A stretch of DNA of 64,000 nucleotides from Rhodanobacter sp. Its GTDB lineage: Bacteria; Pseudomonadota; Gammaproteobacteria; Xanthomonadales; Rhodanobacteraceae. Below, one piece after another: positions 49,879 to 59,830 of the stretch. Below the pieces are notes generated by a model. It saw nothing but the letters and a program-made list of their open reading frames with translations, was not told the origin of the DNA and made no database searches. The position numbers were made by a program, and so were the translations under genes. How positions within the stretch are numbered: position 1 is the first letter of the stretch; every line of letters begins with the position of its first letter. The DNA lies in the NCBI GenBank assembly GCA_022730295.1, contig DZCM01000001.1, positions 1,168 to 65,167 on the forward strand, given 5' to 3'.

Positions 49879-52331
49879 TGGACAACGATACGACGGCTGC
49901 CAAAGGCAAGCGCAAACTTCTCGACCCGCGTGCAGCGGCGCTGGCCGTCGCGGGCGCCGCGCGCGCGCGTTTCAGCCATCGCCGCAACGTCGCCGCAACC
50001 GTGGCCGACATCATGCTCGCGATCGGCACCTTGCTGGTGCTGTTCGGCTTGTTCATGGGCTGGCAGTCCTGGCTCATCTACCGGCAAGCTGAGGCTGCGC
50101 AAACGCTGGTCCGCGTGAGGTCGCTGACGGCGCTGAACGTCACCTCGGTCGTCTCCGGCAAGCGCGCGGAAGTTGCCGCGGCGCTGGCCAATCCCACCTT
50201 GCGAGCGGAGCTGGCGAAGGGCTATGCCGGCAACCGCGAGTCCGCCACGCAATTGCTCAAGGGAACGCTCGGCGACGCCGAATCGGTCACGCTGTACAGC
50301 CCGCAATTGACCGAAGTGCTGCACGGAAATTTGCAAACGGTCGGGTTCGCGCGCGCGGCACAGTTGATGACCGTCTTCGGTGCCGGTTCGCTCGGCCCTG
50401 CCGAATCGCCCAGGCCGCATGTCCTCAGTTTCGCCGGTCCAATCACTGCGCCGGACGGCACCGTACTGGCGTGGGCCGCGATCGATTTTCGTGACGCGCC
50501 GCTGTTGACCGCGTTGCAATCGGCGCCGGTGAGCGCGGGCCGGCTTGATCTGCGGCAATCGACCAGGACTGGCAACACGATCATCGACAGCGTTGGCGAC
50601 CTTGGCCTGTCGACCGCCGCCAACACCGGTGCCATCGTGCCGCAAAGCCTGTTCGAAGTCGCCAGCGCACCGCCGCAATATTGGCTGCCGGTCACGGCAT
50701 CGCTGACCACCGCACTGGTGCTGACCAGCGTGATGCTGTTGGTCGGGCTCGGCGTACTGTGGGAGCGAGTCCGCGTGCGCGCGCGGTTGGGTGGCGGTGG
50801 AGCGACCTCGAAAGAACCCACCTTCGCGGACATGCTCGCCGCCGCACCACCCGAACCAGCCAAGCCCGCGGCACACGCCGTGAGTGCCGCGGCCGCGCCC
50901 GGCGACGCGGCCGTGGAAACTCCGGACCTCGCGCCCAGGGCCAAGGACGACCCCATCCCGGAGCGCGGAATTTTCCGCGCCTACGACATTCGCGGCGTGG
51001 TCGGCAAGACGCTCAGCACCGGCGTTGCGCGCCAGCTCGGCCGCGCCATCGGCAGCGCCGTGCTCGACCAAGGCCTGCACCAGATCGTGGTCGGCCGCGA
51101 TGGACGGCTGTCAGGTCCCGAGCTTTCCAGTGCTCTGATCGAAGGCCTGCGCGCAGCCGGTGTCGACGTGATCGACATCGGTGCGGCGCCCACGCCAGTC
51201 AGCTACTTCGCGGCGTTCCAGCTCAACACTGGTTCGTGTGTGTCGGTGACCGGCAGCCACAATCCGCCCGACTACAACGGCTTCAAGATCGTGATCGGCG
51301 GCGAAACGCTCGCCGAAGATGCGATCCAGGATCTTTACCAGCGCATTGTTGACGGTCGCCTTGCGAGTGGCCACGGCAGCGTGCGCCAGTACGACATCAC
51401 CGCCGAATACATCGAACGCATCGCCTCGGACATCCAGACCGGCCGCTCCTTGAAAGTAGTCGTCGACTGTGGCAATGGCATCGCCGGCAACACCGCGCCC
51501 GGCGTGGTGCACGCGATCGGTTGCGAACCCGTCCCGTTGTACTGCGACGTGGATGGCGCGTTCCCCAACCATCACCCGGATCCCTCGGAGCCCAAGAACC
51601 TCGCCGACCTGATCCTGACGGTGCAGAAGACCGGCGCCGACCTCGGTCTCGCGTTCGATGGTGATGGCGACCGCCTCGGTGTAGTCACCAAGACCGGCGA
51701 AATCATCTATCCGGACCGCGTACTGATGCTGTTCGCGCAAGACGTGCTGATCCGCAACCCGGGCGCGACGATCCTGTACGACGTCAAGTGCACCGGGCAT
51801 CTGCAGCCGCTGATCCTGAAGGCCGGCGGCAGCCCCTTGATGTGGAAGACCGGGCACTCGCTGATCAAGGCGAAGATGAAGGAAACCGGCGCGCAACTGG
51901 CCGGCGAAATGAGCGGGCATTTCTTCTTCCGCGAACGCTGGTATGGCTTCGACGATGGCGTCTACGCCGCCGCGCGCCTGCTCGAAATCCTCGCCGATGA
52001 CCCCGAAGGTCGCACGCCGGAAGAAATCTTCGCGACCTTGCCCAAGGGCGTGTCCACGCCCGAGCTGCACATCGAGCTGCCCGAAGGCCAGAACCAGCCG
52101 TTCGTCACGCGCTTCCGCGAACGTGCCCAATTCGATGACGCCCGCATCACCACCATCGACGGCGTGCGCGCAGACTGGCCCGATGGCTGGGGCCTGGTGC
52201 GCGCGTCCAACACCACGCCGGTACTGGTGTTGCGTTTCGATGCCAACACCAGCGAAGCGCTGGAGCGCATCCAGGATGTGTTTCGCGCCCAGCTGCTGGC
52301 GTGCGACAGCTCGCTGGCGCTGCCATTCTGA
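49878..52331 (+). CDS. algC: Phosphomannomutase/phosphoglucomutase with a ~360-aa N-terminal two-TM extension
   Basis: The core starts at IFRAYDIRGVVG, with TGSHNPPDYNGFK (catalytic Ser) and FDGDGDR. ATG 49878 overlaps the dut stop (TGATG). TM helices IMLAIGTLLVLFGLFMGW and LTTALVLTSVMLLVGLGVLW. Confidence 0.85.
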   Translation: MDNDTTAAKGKRKLLDPRAAALAVAGAARARFSHRRNVAATVADIMLAIGTLLVLFGLFMGWQSWLIYRQAEAAQTLVRVRSLTALNVTSVVSGKRAEVAAALANPTLRAELAKGYAGNRESATQLLKGTLGDAESVTLYSPQLTEVLHGNLQTVGFARAAQLMTVFGAGSLGPAESPRPHVLSFAGPITAPDGTVLAWAAIDFRDAPLLTALQSAPVSAGRLDLRQSTRTGNTIIDSVGDLGLSTAANTGAIVPQSLFEVASAPPQYWLPVTASLTTALVLTSVMLLVGLGVLWERVRVRARLGGGGATSKEPTFADMLAAAPPEPAKPAAHAVSAAAAPGDAAVETPDLAPRAKDDPIPERGIFRAYDIRGVVGKTLSTGVARQLGRAIGSAVLDQGLHQIVVGRDGRLSGPELSSALIEGLRAAGVDVIDIGAAPTPVSYFAAFQLNTGSCVSVTGSHNPPDYNGFKIVIGGETLAEDAIQDLYQRIVDGRLASGHGSVRQYDITAEYIERIASDIQTGRSLKVVVDCGNGIAGNTAPGVVHAIGCEPVPLYCDVDGAFPNHHPDPSEPKNLADLILTVQKTGADLGLAFDGDGDRLGVVTKTGEIIYPDRVLMLFAQDVLIRNPGATILYDVKCTGHLQPLILKAGGSPLMWKTGHSLIKAKMKETGAQLAGEMSGHFFFRERWYGFDDGVYAAARLLEILADDPEGRTPEEIFATLPKGVSTPELHIELPEGQNQPFVTRFRERAQFDDARITTIDGVRADWPDGWGLVRASNTTPVLVLRFDANTSEALERIQDVFRAQLLACDSSLALPF

Positions 52332-52340
52332 GACACCGCG

Positions 52341-52928
52341 TCAGCACCGCAGCCGCGCCAGCAAGACCGCGCGCGCAGCGGGCCACTCCTCCGCCAGCAG
52401 GCTGTACTCGACGCTGTCGCGGATGCTGCCATCGTGGCGTAATTTGTGCGCGCGCAAAACGCCATCGCAATGCGCGCCGAGGCGTTCGATCGCGCGTTGC
52501 GAACGCGTGTTCAGGATGTCGGTTTCCCAGCCCACCGCGGCGCAACCAAGCACATGGAATGCGTGGTCGACCAGCAGCAGCTTGGCGGCGGTGTTGACGT
52601 GGCTGCGCTGGCGGCTGGCCGCGTACCAGGTGTGGCCGATCAGCACGCGCGGAACGTCGGCCTTGAACTCGTAGTAACGCGTCGAGCCCGCCAGCGCGCC
52701 ATCGCGCAGGTCGCGTACCGCGAACGGCAGCGCATCGCCTTGCGCCTGCATCGCCAACGCCTTCTCGACATACGCACGCATCGTGCCGGGCGGCGGCACG
52801 TAGGTGACCCGCAAGTTCCACAGTTCGCCATCGGCAGCGGCCTGCTCCAGACCCGCCACGTGGTCGTGGCCCAGCGGTTCAAGGCGGACGTATTCACTCT
52901 CCAATGTGGCTGAAGTGAGTTCGAGCAT
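52341..52928 (-). CDS. GNAT-family N-acetyltransferase (RimJ/Acetyltransf_3-like)
   Basis: 195 aa. YVRLEPLGHDH...IGHTWY...NTRSQRAIERLG pattern. Confidence 0.75.
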   Translation of the reverse strand: MLELTSATLESEYVRLEPLGHDHVAGLEQAAADGELWNLRVTYVPPPGTMRAYVEKALAMQAQGDALPFAVRDLRDGALAGSTRYYEFKADVPRVLIGHTWYAASRQRSHVNTAAKLLLVDHAFHVLGCAAVGWETDILNTRSQRAIERLGAHCDGVLRAHKLRHDGSIRDSVEYSLLAEEWPAARAVLLARLRC

Positions 52929-53018
52929 GGCAGAGTGATTCGCAAAGCGTAGCGAGCGACGGTAGGTTGTGCGACGCCGGCGCGCAAGCTACCGAGCGCA
53001 GCAGCTTTGCGGGCCACT

Positions 53019-53228
53019 CTACGCATCGAGGTCTGGAATCAGTTTGTTCTCGAAATACGCAATCATGTCTTTCAGCCGCAGTTTGCGCTTTTTCATCCGG
53101 CTCAACTGCAGCTGATTGCAGGCAGGGTCGCCCGCCAGCCTGGCGATCGCGACGTCAAGATCGCGGTGTTCCTCGCGCAATTCCGTGAGATGGCGCACGA
53201 GGCTGGCGGGGTCGTTGCCGGGTTGCAT
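53019..53228 (-). CDS. DUF465 (YdcH-like) small protein
   Basis: 69 aa. LREEHRDLDVAI...LSRMKKRKLRLKDMI is the DUF465 signature. Confidence 0.75.
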   Translation of the reverse strand: MQPGNDPASLVRHLTELREEHRDLDVAIARLAGDPACNQLQLSRMKKRKLRLKDMIAYFENKLIPDLDA

Positions 53229-53274
53229 GGGCGGAGTGTAGCGGCGGCGCGGCGCGCGCTACACTGACCGGTTC

Positions 53275-54165
53275 ATGCCCCAGCTCGCCGCCCCGCGCAC
53301 TGCCCCCGACCGCCGCCACGACCATGAAGCCGCGCGGCTGGCCAAGCGCCTGCGCCACGCAGCCGGGCGCGCGATCGCCGACTACAACCTGATCGAGGAT
53401 GGCGATCGGGTGATGGTATGCCTCTCCGGCGGCAAGGATTCGTGGACCCTGCTGGACCTGCTGCTGTCGCTGAAGGCGAAGGCGCCGGTCGAGTTCGAAC
53501 TCGCCGCAGTGAACCTCGACCAGAAACAGCCGGGGTTTCCGGAACAGGTGATCCCCGATTACTGCCGCGCGCGCGGGATACCCTGCCACGTGATCGAGCA
53601 GGATACCTACAGCGTGGTAACGCGCGTGGTACCCGAGGGCAAGACGCTGTGCAGTCTGTGCTCGCGCCTGCGGCGCGGTGCCCTGTACGCGTTCGCCGAG
53701 CGCGAAGGTTTCAGCAAGATTGCGCTCGGCCACCATCGCGACGACATCCTCGCGACGTTTTTCCTGAACCTGTTTTTCGGCGGCACCCTCAAGGCCATGC
53801 CGCCGAAGCTGCAATCCGATGACGGCAAACACGTTTTGATCCGCCCGCTCGCGTTTTGCCGCGAGGACGAGATCGCCGAATACGCCGCGCAGCGTGCGTT
53901 CCCGATCATCCCCTGCAACCTGTGCGGTTCTCAGGAAAACCTGCAGCGCAAGCAGGTGCGGCGGATGCTCGATCAATGGGAACGCGAGCACCCGGGCCGC
54001 AGTGAAAGCATGTTCCGCGCGCTCTGCAACGTGGCGCCCTCGCAACTGGCCGACCCGAAGCTGTTCGATTTTTCCAAGCTCGGCGCACCCGGTGAGACAG
54101 CGCCGCCGGACACTCATGCTTGGCTGGGAAGCCGGTCCCCGGGACCCGGGACCGGAGACCCGTAA
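53275..54165 (+). CDS. ttcA: tRNA 2-thiocytidine(32) synthetase
   Basis: PP-loop CLSGGKDS, with Fe-S cysteines [10 protein letters not shown] and PCNLCGSQ. Confidence 0.9.
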   Translation: MPQLAAPRTAPDRRHDHEAARLAKRLRHAAGRAIADYNLIEDGDRVMVCLSGGKDSWTLLDLLLSLKAKAPVEFELAAVNLDQKQPGFPEQVIPDYCRARGIPCHVIEQDTYSVVTRVVPEGKTLCSLCSRLRRGALYAFAEREGFSKIALGHHRDDILATFFLNLFFGGTLKAMPPKLQSDDGKHVLIRPLAFCREDEIAEYAAQRAFPIIPCNLCGSQENLQRKQVRRMLDQWEREHPGRSESMFRALCNVAPSQLADPKLFDFSKLGAPGETAPPDTHAWLGSRSPGPGTGDP

Positions 54166-54229
54166 AGGCAATTTTGCGGCACGCAACCAGATCGTCCCAC
54201 CCCTATCCATTCTCATTCCCGGACATCAC

Positions 54230-55156
54230 ATGTTCTTCCGCAATCTCACCCTGTTTCGCTTCTCGCCTGCGGTCACCAAGTCGCTGAAGGATCTCGACGC
54301 CGCCCTGGCCGGCCGCGTCCTGCGCGCCTGCGGGCCGCTGGAACTCGCTACCCACGGTTTCGTCTCGCCATTCGGACCGGATTCCGAAGTACTTAGCCAC
54401 TCGGTCGCCAAAGCCACGCTGGTGACCCTGGGCAGCGAGGAAAAACTGCTGCCCGCGGCGGTGGTCAACGCCGAGCTCGGCAAACGCCTGCGCAAGGAGT
54501 CTGAACGGCGCGGCAAGCCGGTCGGCGGGCGCCAACGCCGCGCCATCAAGGCCGAGGTGCTGGATACCCTGCTGCCGCAAGCCTTCGTCCGGCCAGCGCG
54601 GCTGAATGCTTATCTGGAAACGAAAAATGGCTGGCTGGTGCTGGATACGGCCTCCCGCAAGGCCGCCGAAACCGCCCTGACCGCCCTGCGCGAAGCCCTG
54701 GGCAGCTTCCCCGCCCAGCCCTTGGCGGCTGCCGAAACCCCACGCGCCCTGATGACCCAGTGGCTCAGCTCTGGCAAGCTACCGGACGGGCTCGCCTTGG
54801 GCGACGAATGTGAACTGCGCGACCCGGCAGGCGGTGCCGTGATCCGTTGCCGCAAGCAGGAGCTTGAAAGCGACGAGGTTCGGGCGCATCTGAAACAGGG
54901 CAAGCAGGTGTTCCAGCTCGGCTTGCAGTTCGAGGAACGCGCCAGTTTCGTACTCGGCGAGGACCTCGTGATCCGCAAGTTCCGATTCCTCGACGTCGTC
55001 CAGGATTCTCTCGACGCCGGCGGCAAGGATTCGGCCGCGGCCGAGCTCGACGCGCGCTTCGCCCTGATGACCCTGGAACTGGAACGTTTGTTGCAAGGAT
55101 TCCAACAATGGTTCGGGCTCGAACGGCCCGTGGAAGGCAACAAGAAGGCAGCATGA
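54230..55156 (+). CDS. rdgC: Recombination-associated protein RdgC
   Basis: ATG 54230 (MFFRNLTLFRF is the family N-terminus). 308 aa. Confidence 0.9.
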   Translation: MFFRNLTLFRFSPAVTKSLKDLDAALAGRVLRACGPLELATHGFVSPFGPDSEVLSHSVAKATLVTLGSEEKLLPAAVVNAELGKRLRKESERRGKPVGGRQRRAIKAEVLDTLLPQAFVRPARLNAYLETKNGWLVLDTASRKAAETALTALREALGSFPAQPLAAAETPRALMTQWLSSGKLPDGLALGDECELRDPAGGAVIRCRKQELESDEVRAHLKQGKQVFQLGLQFEERASFVLGEDLVIRKFRFLDVVQDSLDAGGKDSAAAELDARFALMTLELERLLQGFQQWFGLERPVEGNKKAA

Positions 55157-55914
55157 TTCCGGAAGGCGACTTCCTTGAATTGAGCACGGGCAAGGGCTCC
55201 AGTATCAAGGTGCTGAAGGCCATGCACCCGCGTGCGCGCCGGCTGCGCTTGTCGGTCACCCCGCATGGTGCGCGCGTTTCGTATCCGCGCGGCACGCATC
55301 CCGCGCAGGTGTACGCCTTTCTGCGCGAAAACAGCGACTGGTTGCAGCGCAAACTTTCCGAATTGCGCATCCCCCGGCACGGCCCGCCGCCGTTGCGCGC
55401 AGGCGTGCCCACGCTGATCCCGCTGCGTGGCGAAGCAACCGAACTCACCTGGCGCGAAGGCGACTATCCGCGCATCGAAGATCGCGGCAACGAACTGCGC
55501 CTGCACGTGCCACGCCCGTTCACCACCGCGATGCCGGCCGCGCGCAACCTGCTGGCCGCGTACCTTGAAACCCACATGCGCCGCGACCTGTCGCGCTGGA
55601 TGGCGCAGGCCAGCGAACAACTCGACGCCGCGCCGACCGGCCTGCGCATCAAGCCGCTGAAAAGCCTGTGGGGCAGTCTCGATGCGCACGACCGCATCAC
55701 CCTCGACTTGTCCCTGGCACTCGCGCCGCCCGCCGCGCTGCGCTACGTGCTGATGCACGAGATGTGTCACCTGAAGGTGCGCAGTCATGCAGCGCGCTTC
55801 TGGGCGCGAGTGGGTGAGCTGATGCCGGGCTACCAGGCGCAGCGCGACTGGTTGCGCGAAAACGGCGCGATCCTGAAAGCCGAGATGGAGCGGTTGATCG
55901 AAGCGCGCGACTGA
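55153..55914 (+). CDS. YgjP-like (DUF45/M48-related) metal-dependent hydrolase
   Basis: ATG 55153 overlaps the rdgC stop (ATGA). HEMCHLKVRSH...FW zinc motif. Confidence 0.75.
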   Translation: MIPEGDFLELSTGKGSSIKVLKAMHPRARRLRLSVTPHGARVSYPRGTHPAQVYAFLRENSDWLQRKLSELRIPRHGPPPLRAGVPTLIPLRGEATELTWREGDYPRIEDRGNELRLHVPRPFTTAMPAARNLLAAYLETHMRRDLSRWMAQASEQLDAAPTGLRIKPLKSLWGSLDAHDRITLDLSLALAPPAALRYVLMHEMCHLKVRSHAARFWARVGELMPGYQAQRDWLRENGAILKAEMERLIEARD

Positions 55915-55924
55915 GGCGCGGGTG

Positions 55925-55990
55925 ATTTCCCTCTTCCCTCGGGCGAGGGTGGCGCATCACGCAGGGTGAGGGTACGTATTCGCGCAAGCC
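55925..55990. repeat. GC-rich REP-like element, family A, intergenic copy
   Basis: ccctcgggcgaggg hairpin plus gggtgagggtacg and gcgcaag blocks shared with 745-875. Lies between the convergent ygjP-like and hydrolase genes. Confidence 0.65.
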
Positions 55991-56043
55991 AGCGGGTCAC
56001 GCTGCTTACGCTACCTTCGCGAGCAACTCGGCACCTGGCCGCT

Positions 56044-57030
56044 TCACGGCAGCAGCACGAACTGCGATATCGCGCGTGACACCTCGCGCGGTTTCTCCAT
56101 GATCGCCATGTGTCCGCAGCCATTTATCTCGGTGACACCGATGCTGGGCGCGTGGGTGAGGCCCTTGCGCAGCGCATCCAGCGCGGAGATGTCGATGATC
56201 TGATCCTGCCGGCACCAGATCGCCAGCGTCGGTGCAGTGATGTCGGGCAGTTTGGCCGCGAGCGCGTCACGCGCACCGGGCGCGGTCATGTCAGCCATCA
56301 CCTGGTCGCGAAACGCCCGATTGGCTTTGGCACGTTCGATGAACACGTCGGCCACGCGCGGTGGCACCGAAGGCGGCTTGGTGAACAGCAACGATTCGAG
56401 TTGCTTGAACTGGGCGCGGTTGTCGATGTCGAACGGACTCTTGCCCGACTTCAACTCGCGCACGAAGGCGTTTTCCTTGAACGGCACGCCGGCCGAATCG
56501 ACCAGCACGAGCGCGGCGACGTCTTTCGGATACTGTGCAGCGTAGAGCCCCGCGATCGCGCCGCCCATCGACTGGCCGGCGACTGCGACTTCACCAAGAT
56601 GCAAGGCCTCGACGAAACCGTGCAAGCGTTGCGCCTGCGCCGCGAAACCGTAATCGGCACCCGCGATGCGCGTGGAATCGCCCCAACCCGGCAGGTCGGG
56701 AATGATGACGTGGAAGTTGGTGGTGAGGTAACGCGCGGCCAGCAGCCAGCTCGCATGCGATCCATCAAAGCCGTGCAGCAGCACCAGGGCCGGGCCATCC
56801 TTTTTGCCACCCTCGACGTAGGCCCAACGCGTGTCGCCGACCTGCACGGATCTCTCGTGCAAGCCATCACGCCAGGTCTGGTACTGGATCGCTCCCTGCA
56901 ACAACCATTGCGGCGCGATGAAATAGACGGCCAAACCAATCACCGCCAGCGCAATGAAAACGCCGCCGAGGATCTTCAATCGACGCGCGACGCGCGCGAG
57001 CAGAAGGTCACGAGCAGGGTTGCCGGACAT
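56044..57030 (-). CDS. Alpha/beta-fold hydrolase with an N-terminal membrane anchor
   Basis: ATG 57030. LVLLHGFDGS and the nucleophile elbow GQSMGG. Confidence 0.8.
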   Translation of the reverse strand: MSGNPARDLLLARVARRLKILGGVFIALAVIGLAVYFIAPQWLLQGAIQYQTWRDGLHERSVQVGDTRWAYVEGGKKDGPALVLLHGFDGSHASWLLAARYLTTNFHVIIPDLPGWGDSTRIAGADYGFAAQAQRLHGFVEALHLGEVAVAGQSMGGAIAGLYAAQYPKDVAALVLVDSAGVPFKENAFVRELKSGKSPFDIDNRAQFKQLESLLFTKPPSVPPRVADVFIERAKANRAFRDQVMADMTAPGARDALAAKLPDITAPTLAIWCRQDQIIDISALDALRKGLTHAPSIGVTEINGCGHMAIMEKPREVSRAISQFVLLP

Positions 57031-57037
57031 GTGCGGA

Positions 57038-58921
57038 TCAGCCCTTGTGTGCAGCGGATTTCGCCGCATCCATCGCGGCGCGGATCCTCGCGAACAATTT
57101 TTCGACCGCCATCTGGGTCAAGGGGTGGTAGCCATCCTTCGCCTTGGCATAAACCCGTTCGGCAAACGCGAAGCCTTCGGGCGTCTTCGCCAGAGCCTTG
57201 TAGACCGGCATGGTGAGATAAAGCCGGCCGATCCGCGTCACGTGTTCGGCGGCAGCCGGCCAAACGGCCTTGTCGCCCGCGGCGATCGCATGCACGTACC
57301 AGCGCATGCCGATTTCGGCGTTGCGGGTGCCAGTGAGATGCCATTCGGCATCCAGATCCTGCATCGTCGCGAGCGGCGGCGCATCGGGCAGGCGATCAAG
57401 AAAATACATCCACTCCTGCGTATTCCAGTCCTTCGCGTCGAGTTCGGACGCCGGCAAGGTACCGGCGAGGACCTCGCTGCGCTGCTTGTCGATCGCGTCG
57501 AAACGCGGCGAATCCGGGACCGGTGCGTCTTTCGGGATGCCGGCGCCGTAGACCCACTCCTGCACTTCGTCCCAGCTCATCTTGCCGGGGTACTTTTCGA
57601 TCAGGTTGGACTTGAGGAACGCCAGCATCTGCTCGGTGGTGATCGAGTGCCAGGCGAAATGATTGAAGTAGCTTTCGAGATAGTGGTCGAAATCCCTGCG
57701 CCCGTATTTCTGCTCCAGCCTGCGCAGGAACCACGAGCCCTTGTCATAGGCGACGTCGGAAAGTTCATCATCGGCGTCGATCTTGCGCGGTTCCGGCGCA
57801 AGCCGTTGCGCATTTTCCGGCATCGACGCGATCGTCTTCTGCAGGTTGCGGATCGCCAGCAGGGTTTCCTCGTTCGCCTGGCGCGTGCCATACAGGGCCT
57901 CGGTGATGCGGCCCTGCACATACGTGGTGACGCCTTCGTTGAGCCAGATGTCACGCCACGTCGCCGCAGTGACGAGGTTGCCCGACCACGAGTGCGCCAG
58001 TTCATGCGCGACCAGCGAGACCAACGACTTGTCGCCGACCAGCACGGTCGGCGTGGCGAAGGTCATGTTGGGGTTTTCCATGCCGCCGTACGGAAACGAC
58101 GGCGGCAGCACGAGGATGTCGTAACGGCCCCAACGATACGGACCGTACAACTTCTCGGCAGTCTCGATCATCTTTTCAGTGTCTTCGAATTCGTGCGCGG
58201 CTTTCGCAACCACTGACGGTTCGGCGTACACGGCCGAACGCGGGCCGGTTTCGCGCACCGCAAGGTCGCCCGCGGCGATCGCGAGCAGATACGAAGGCAC
58301 CGGGTGGGTCTGGATGAAATCGAACGAACCGTCCAGCGGATGCTGTGGATCATTCGGTGCGCTCATCACCACGCGGATGTCCTTGGGCGCGGCAACCGTG
58401 GCGTGCCAGGTGAATCGGATGGCGGGCGAATCCTGCAGCGGCACCCACGAACGTGCATGGGTGGATTGGGATTGCGAGAACAGGAACGGCAGTTTCCTGT
58501 CGGCCGTCTGCACGGGATCCAGCCATTGCAGGCCGCTGGCGCCCGGCGACGTCGCGTAGGTAATGCGCACTGCCTGCGGATGCTTCGGCGCCTCGATGGT
58601 GAGCTTGGAGCCCATGGCCGGAACCGGCTCAGCGAGCTTGTAATCCAGCCGGTGCGCGTGGCCCTTGCCGTCCACCGCCTCGATGGAAGCAATCTTCAGG
58701 TTCTCGGTGTCCAACACCAGCTCACGTACTTCGGGGTTCTTCCAGTCCAACGTCAGCGTCGCCGCGCCAGCGAGTTGCTGGTGCGTGAAATCGACCTTCA
58801 GCGCGAGGTCGATATGCGTGATCACGACATCCTGCGGCTGCGCCCAGGAATGCGGATCAGCAGCTTGCGCAGCGACCGGCAGCACGAGTGCGCCGATGGC
58901 GAGGGTGGAAAGCGGGCGCAT
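57038..58921 (-). CDS. Secreted M1-family metallopeptidase (aminopeptidase/LTA4-hydrolase-like)
   Basis: HELAHSWSGN...WLNEG zinc motif and GMENP exopeptidase motif. Signal peptide from ATG 58921; an alternative start lies at 58942. Confidence 0.85.
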   Translation of the reverse strand: MRPLSTLAIGALVLPVAAQAADPHSWAQPQDVVITHIDLALKVDFTHQQLAGAATLTLDWKNPEVRELVLDTENLKIASIEAVDGKGHAHRLDYKLAEPVPAMGSKLTIEAPKHPQAVRITYATSPGASGLQWLDPVQTADRKLPFLFSQSQSTHARSWVPLQDSPAIRFTWHATVAAPKDIRVVMSAPNDPQHPLDGSFDFIQTHPVPSYLLAIAAGDLAVRETGPRSAVYAEPSVVAKAAHEFEDTEKMIETAEKLYGPYRWGRYDILVLPPSFPYGGMENPNMTFATPTVLVGDKSLVSLVAHELAHSWSGNLVTAATWRDIWLNEGVTTYVQGRITEALYGTRQANEETLLAIRNLQKTIASMPENAQRLAPEPRKIDADDELSDVAYDKGSWFLRRLEQKYGRRDFDHYLESYFNHFAWHSITTEQMLAFLKSNLIEKYPGKMSWDEVQEWVYGAGIPKDAPVPDSPRFDAIDKQRSEVLAGTLPASELDAKDWNTQEWMYFLDRLPDAPPLATMQDLDAEWHLTGTRNAEIGMRWYVHAIAAGDKAVWPAAAEHVTRIGRLYLTMPVYKALAKTPEGFAFAERVYAKAKDGYHPLTQMAVEKLFARIRAAMDAAKSAAHKG

Positions 58922-59053
58922 CGCGGCGCTCCTGTCAATCAATGAAACCCCGAGTATGCCAGCCCCCCGCGCTGCCCGCCCGTACCGAAGGTCGTGGTCT
59001 GTGGCGGGGCGCCCGGACCTAGAATGCGCGAACCCACCGCAACGGAGTCATCC

Positions 59054-59725
59054 ATGCCGACCCTCTACATCGCCAACAAGAATTACTCGTCGTGGTCGTT
59101 GCGACCCTGGGTGTTGTTGCGCGAACGTGGCATTGCGTTCGCGGAGCGGTTGGAGCCGTTCGCTGGCAAGTCATTCACGACATTCTCGCCGAGCGGCAAG
59201 GTGCCCTGTCTCGTCGACGGCGACACCACGGTATGGGATTCCCTGGCCATCAGCGAGTACCTGGCCGAACAGCATCCTGGCGTGTGGCCGGCCGCTGCCA
59301 AGGCCCGCGCGTTCGCGCGCTGCGCGGCGGCGGAGATGCATTCGGGCTTCATGGCACTGCGCGAACAATGCGGGATGAACTGCGGGCTCCGGGTACAGCT
59401 ACATCGCATCGACGCCGCGCTGCAACGCGACCTCACGCGCCTCGAAGCCTTGTGGAACGACGGCCTTGCGCGTTTCGGCGGCCCCTTCCTCGCAGGCGTT
59501 GAGTTCAGCGCAGCCGATGCGTTTTACGCGCCGGTGGCTTTTCGCATCCAGACTTATGCGCCGCCGCTCGGCTCCGCCGCGAACGCCTACGCCCAGCGCC
59601 TGCTCGCACTGCCCTCGATGCGTGAATGGTATGCGTCATCACTGGCGGAAACCTGGCGTCACGCCGGGCACGAAGCCGAGGTGGCGCGCTGGGGCACCAT
59701 CACGTCTGACTTGCGGGCGAGGTAA
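59054..59725 (+). CDS. Glutathione S-transferase family protein
   Basis: ATG 59054. N-terminal thioredoxin-like domain KNYSSWSLRPW...GKVPCLVD...WDSLAISEYL. Confidence 0.8.
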   Translation: MPTLYIANKNYSSWSLRPWVLLRERGIAFAERLEPFAGKSFTTFSPSGKVPCLVDGDTTVWDSLAISEYLAEQHPGVWPAAAKARAFARCAAAEMHSGFMALREQCGMNCGLRVQLHRIDAALQRDLTRLEALWNDGLARFGGPFLAGVEFSAADAFYAPVAFRIQTYAPPLGSAANAYAQRLLALPSMREWYASSLAETWRHAGHEAEVARWGTITSDLRAR

Positions 59726-59774
59726 TGCAAGCGCGCCATCGACCCGTGCGCGAGGGCAGCAATTCCCGCTGTTG

Positions 59775-59801
59775 ATTCGCGTTTATTCGCGTTCATTCGC
59801 G
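59775..59801. repeat. Three ATTCGCG heptamers at exact 10-bp spacing
   Basis: Copies start at 59775, 59785 and 59795, between the convergent GST and pip genes. Same geometry as 33041-33067. Confidence 0.7.
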
Positions 59802-59830
59802 GACGGATGGCTTTGCTCTGGTGAACGTAC

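Noticed and set aside
53236-53264. The inverted repeat GTGTAGCG-N13-CGCTACAC in the 46-bp DUF465/ttcA divergent spacer.
   Set aside because: It is real in the sequence, but it is short and GC-rich, in a spacer that must also hold two promoters. I cannot distinguish an operator from chance symmetry, so I did not promote it to a finding.
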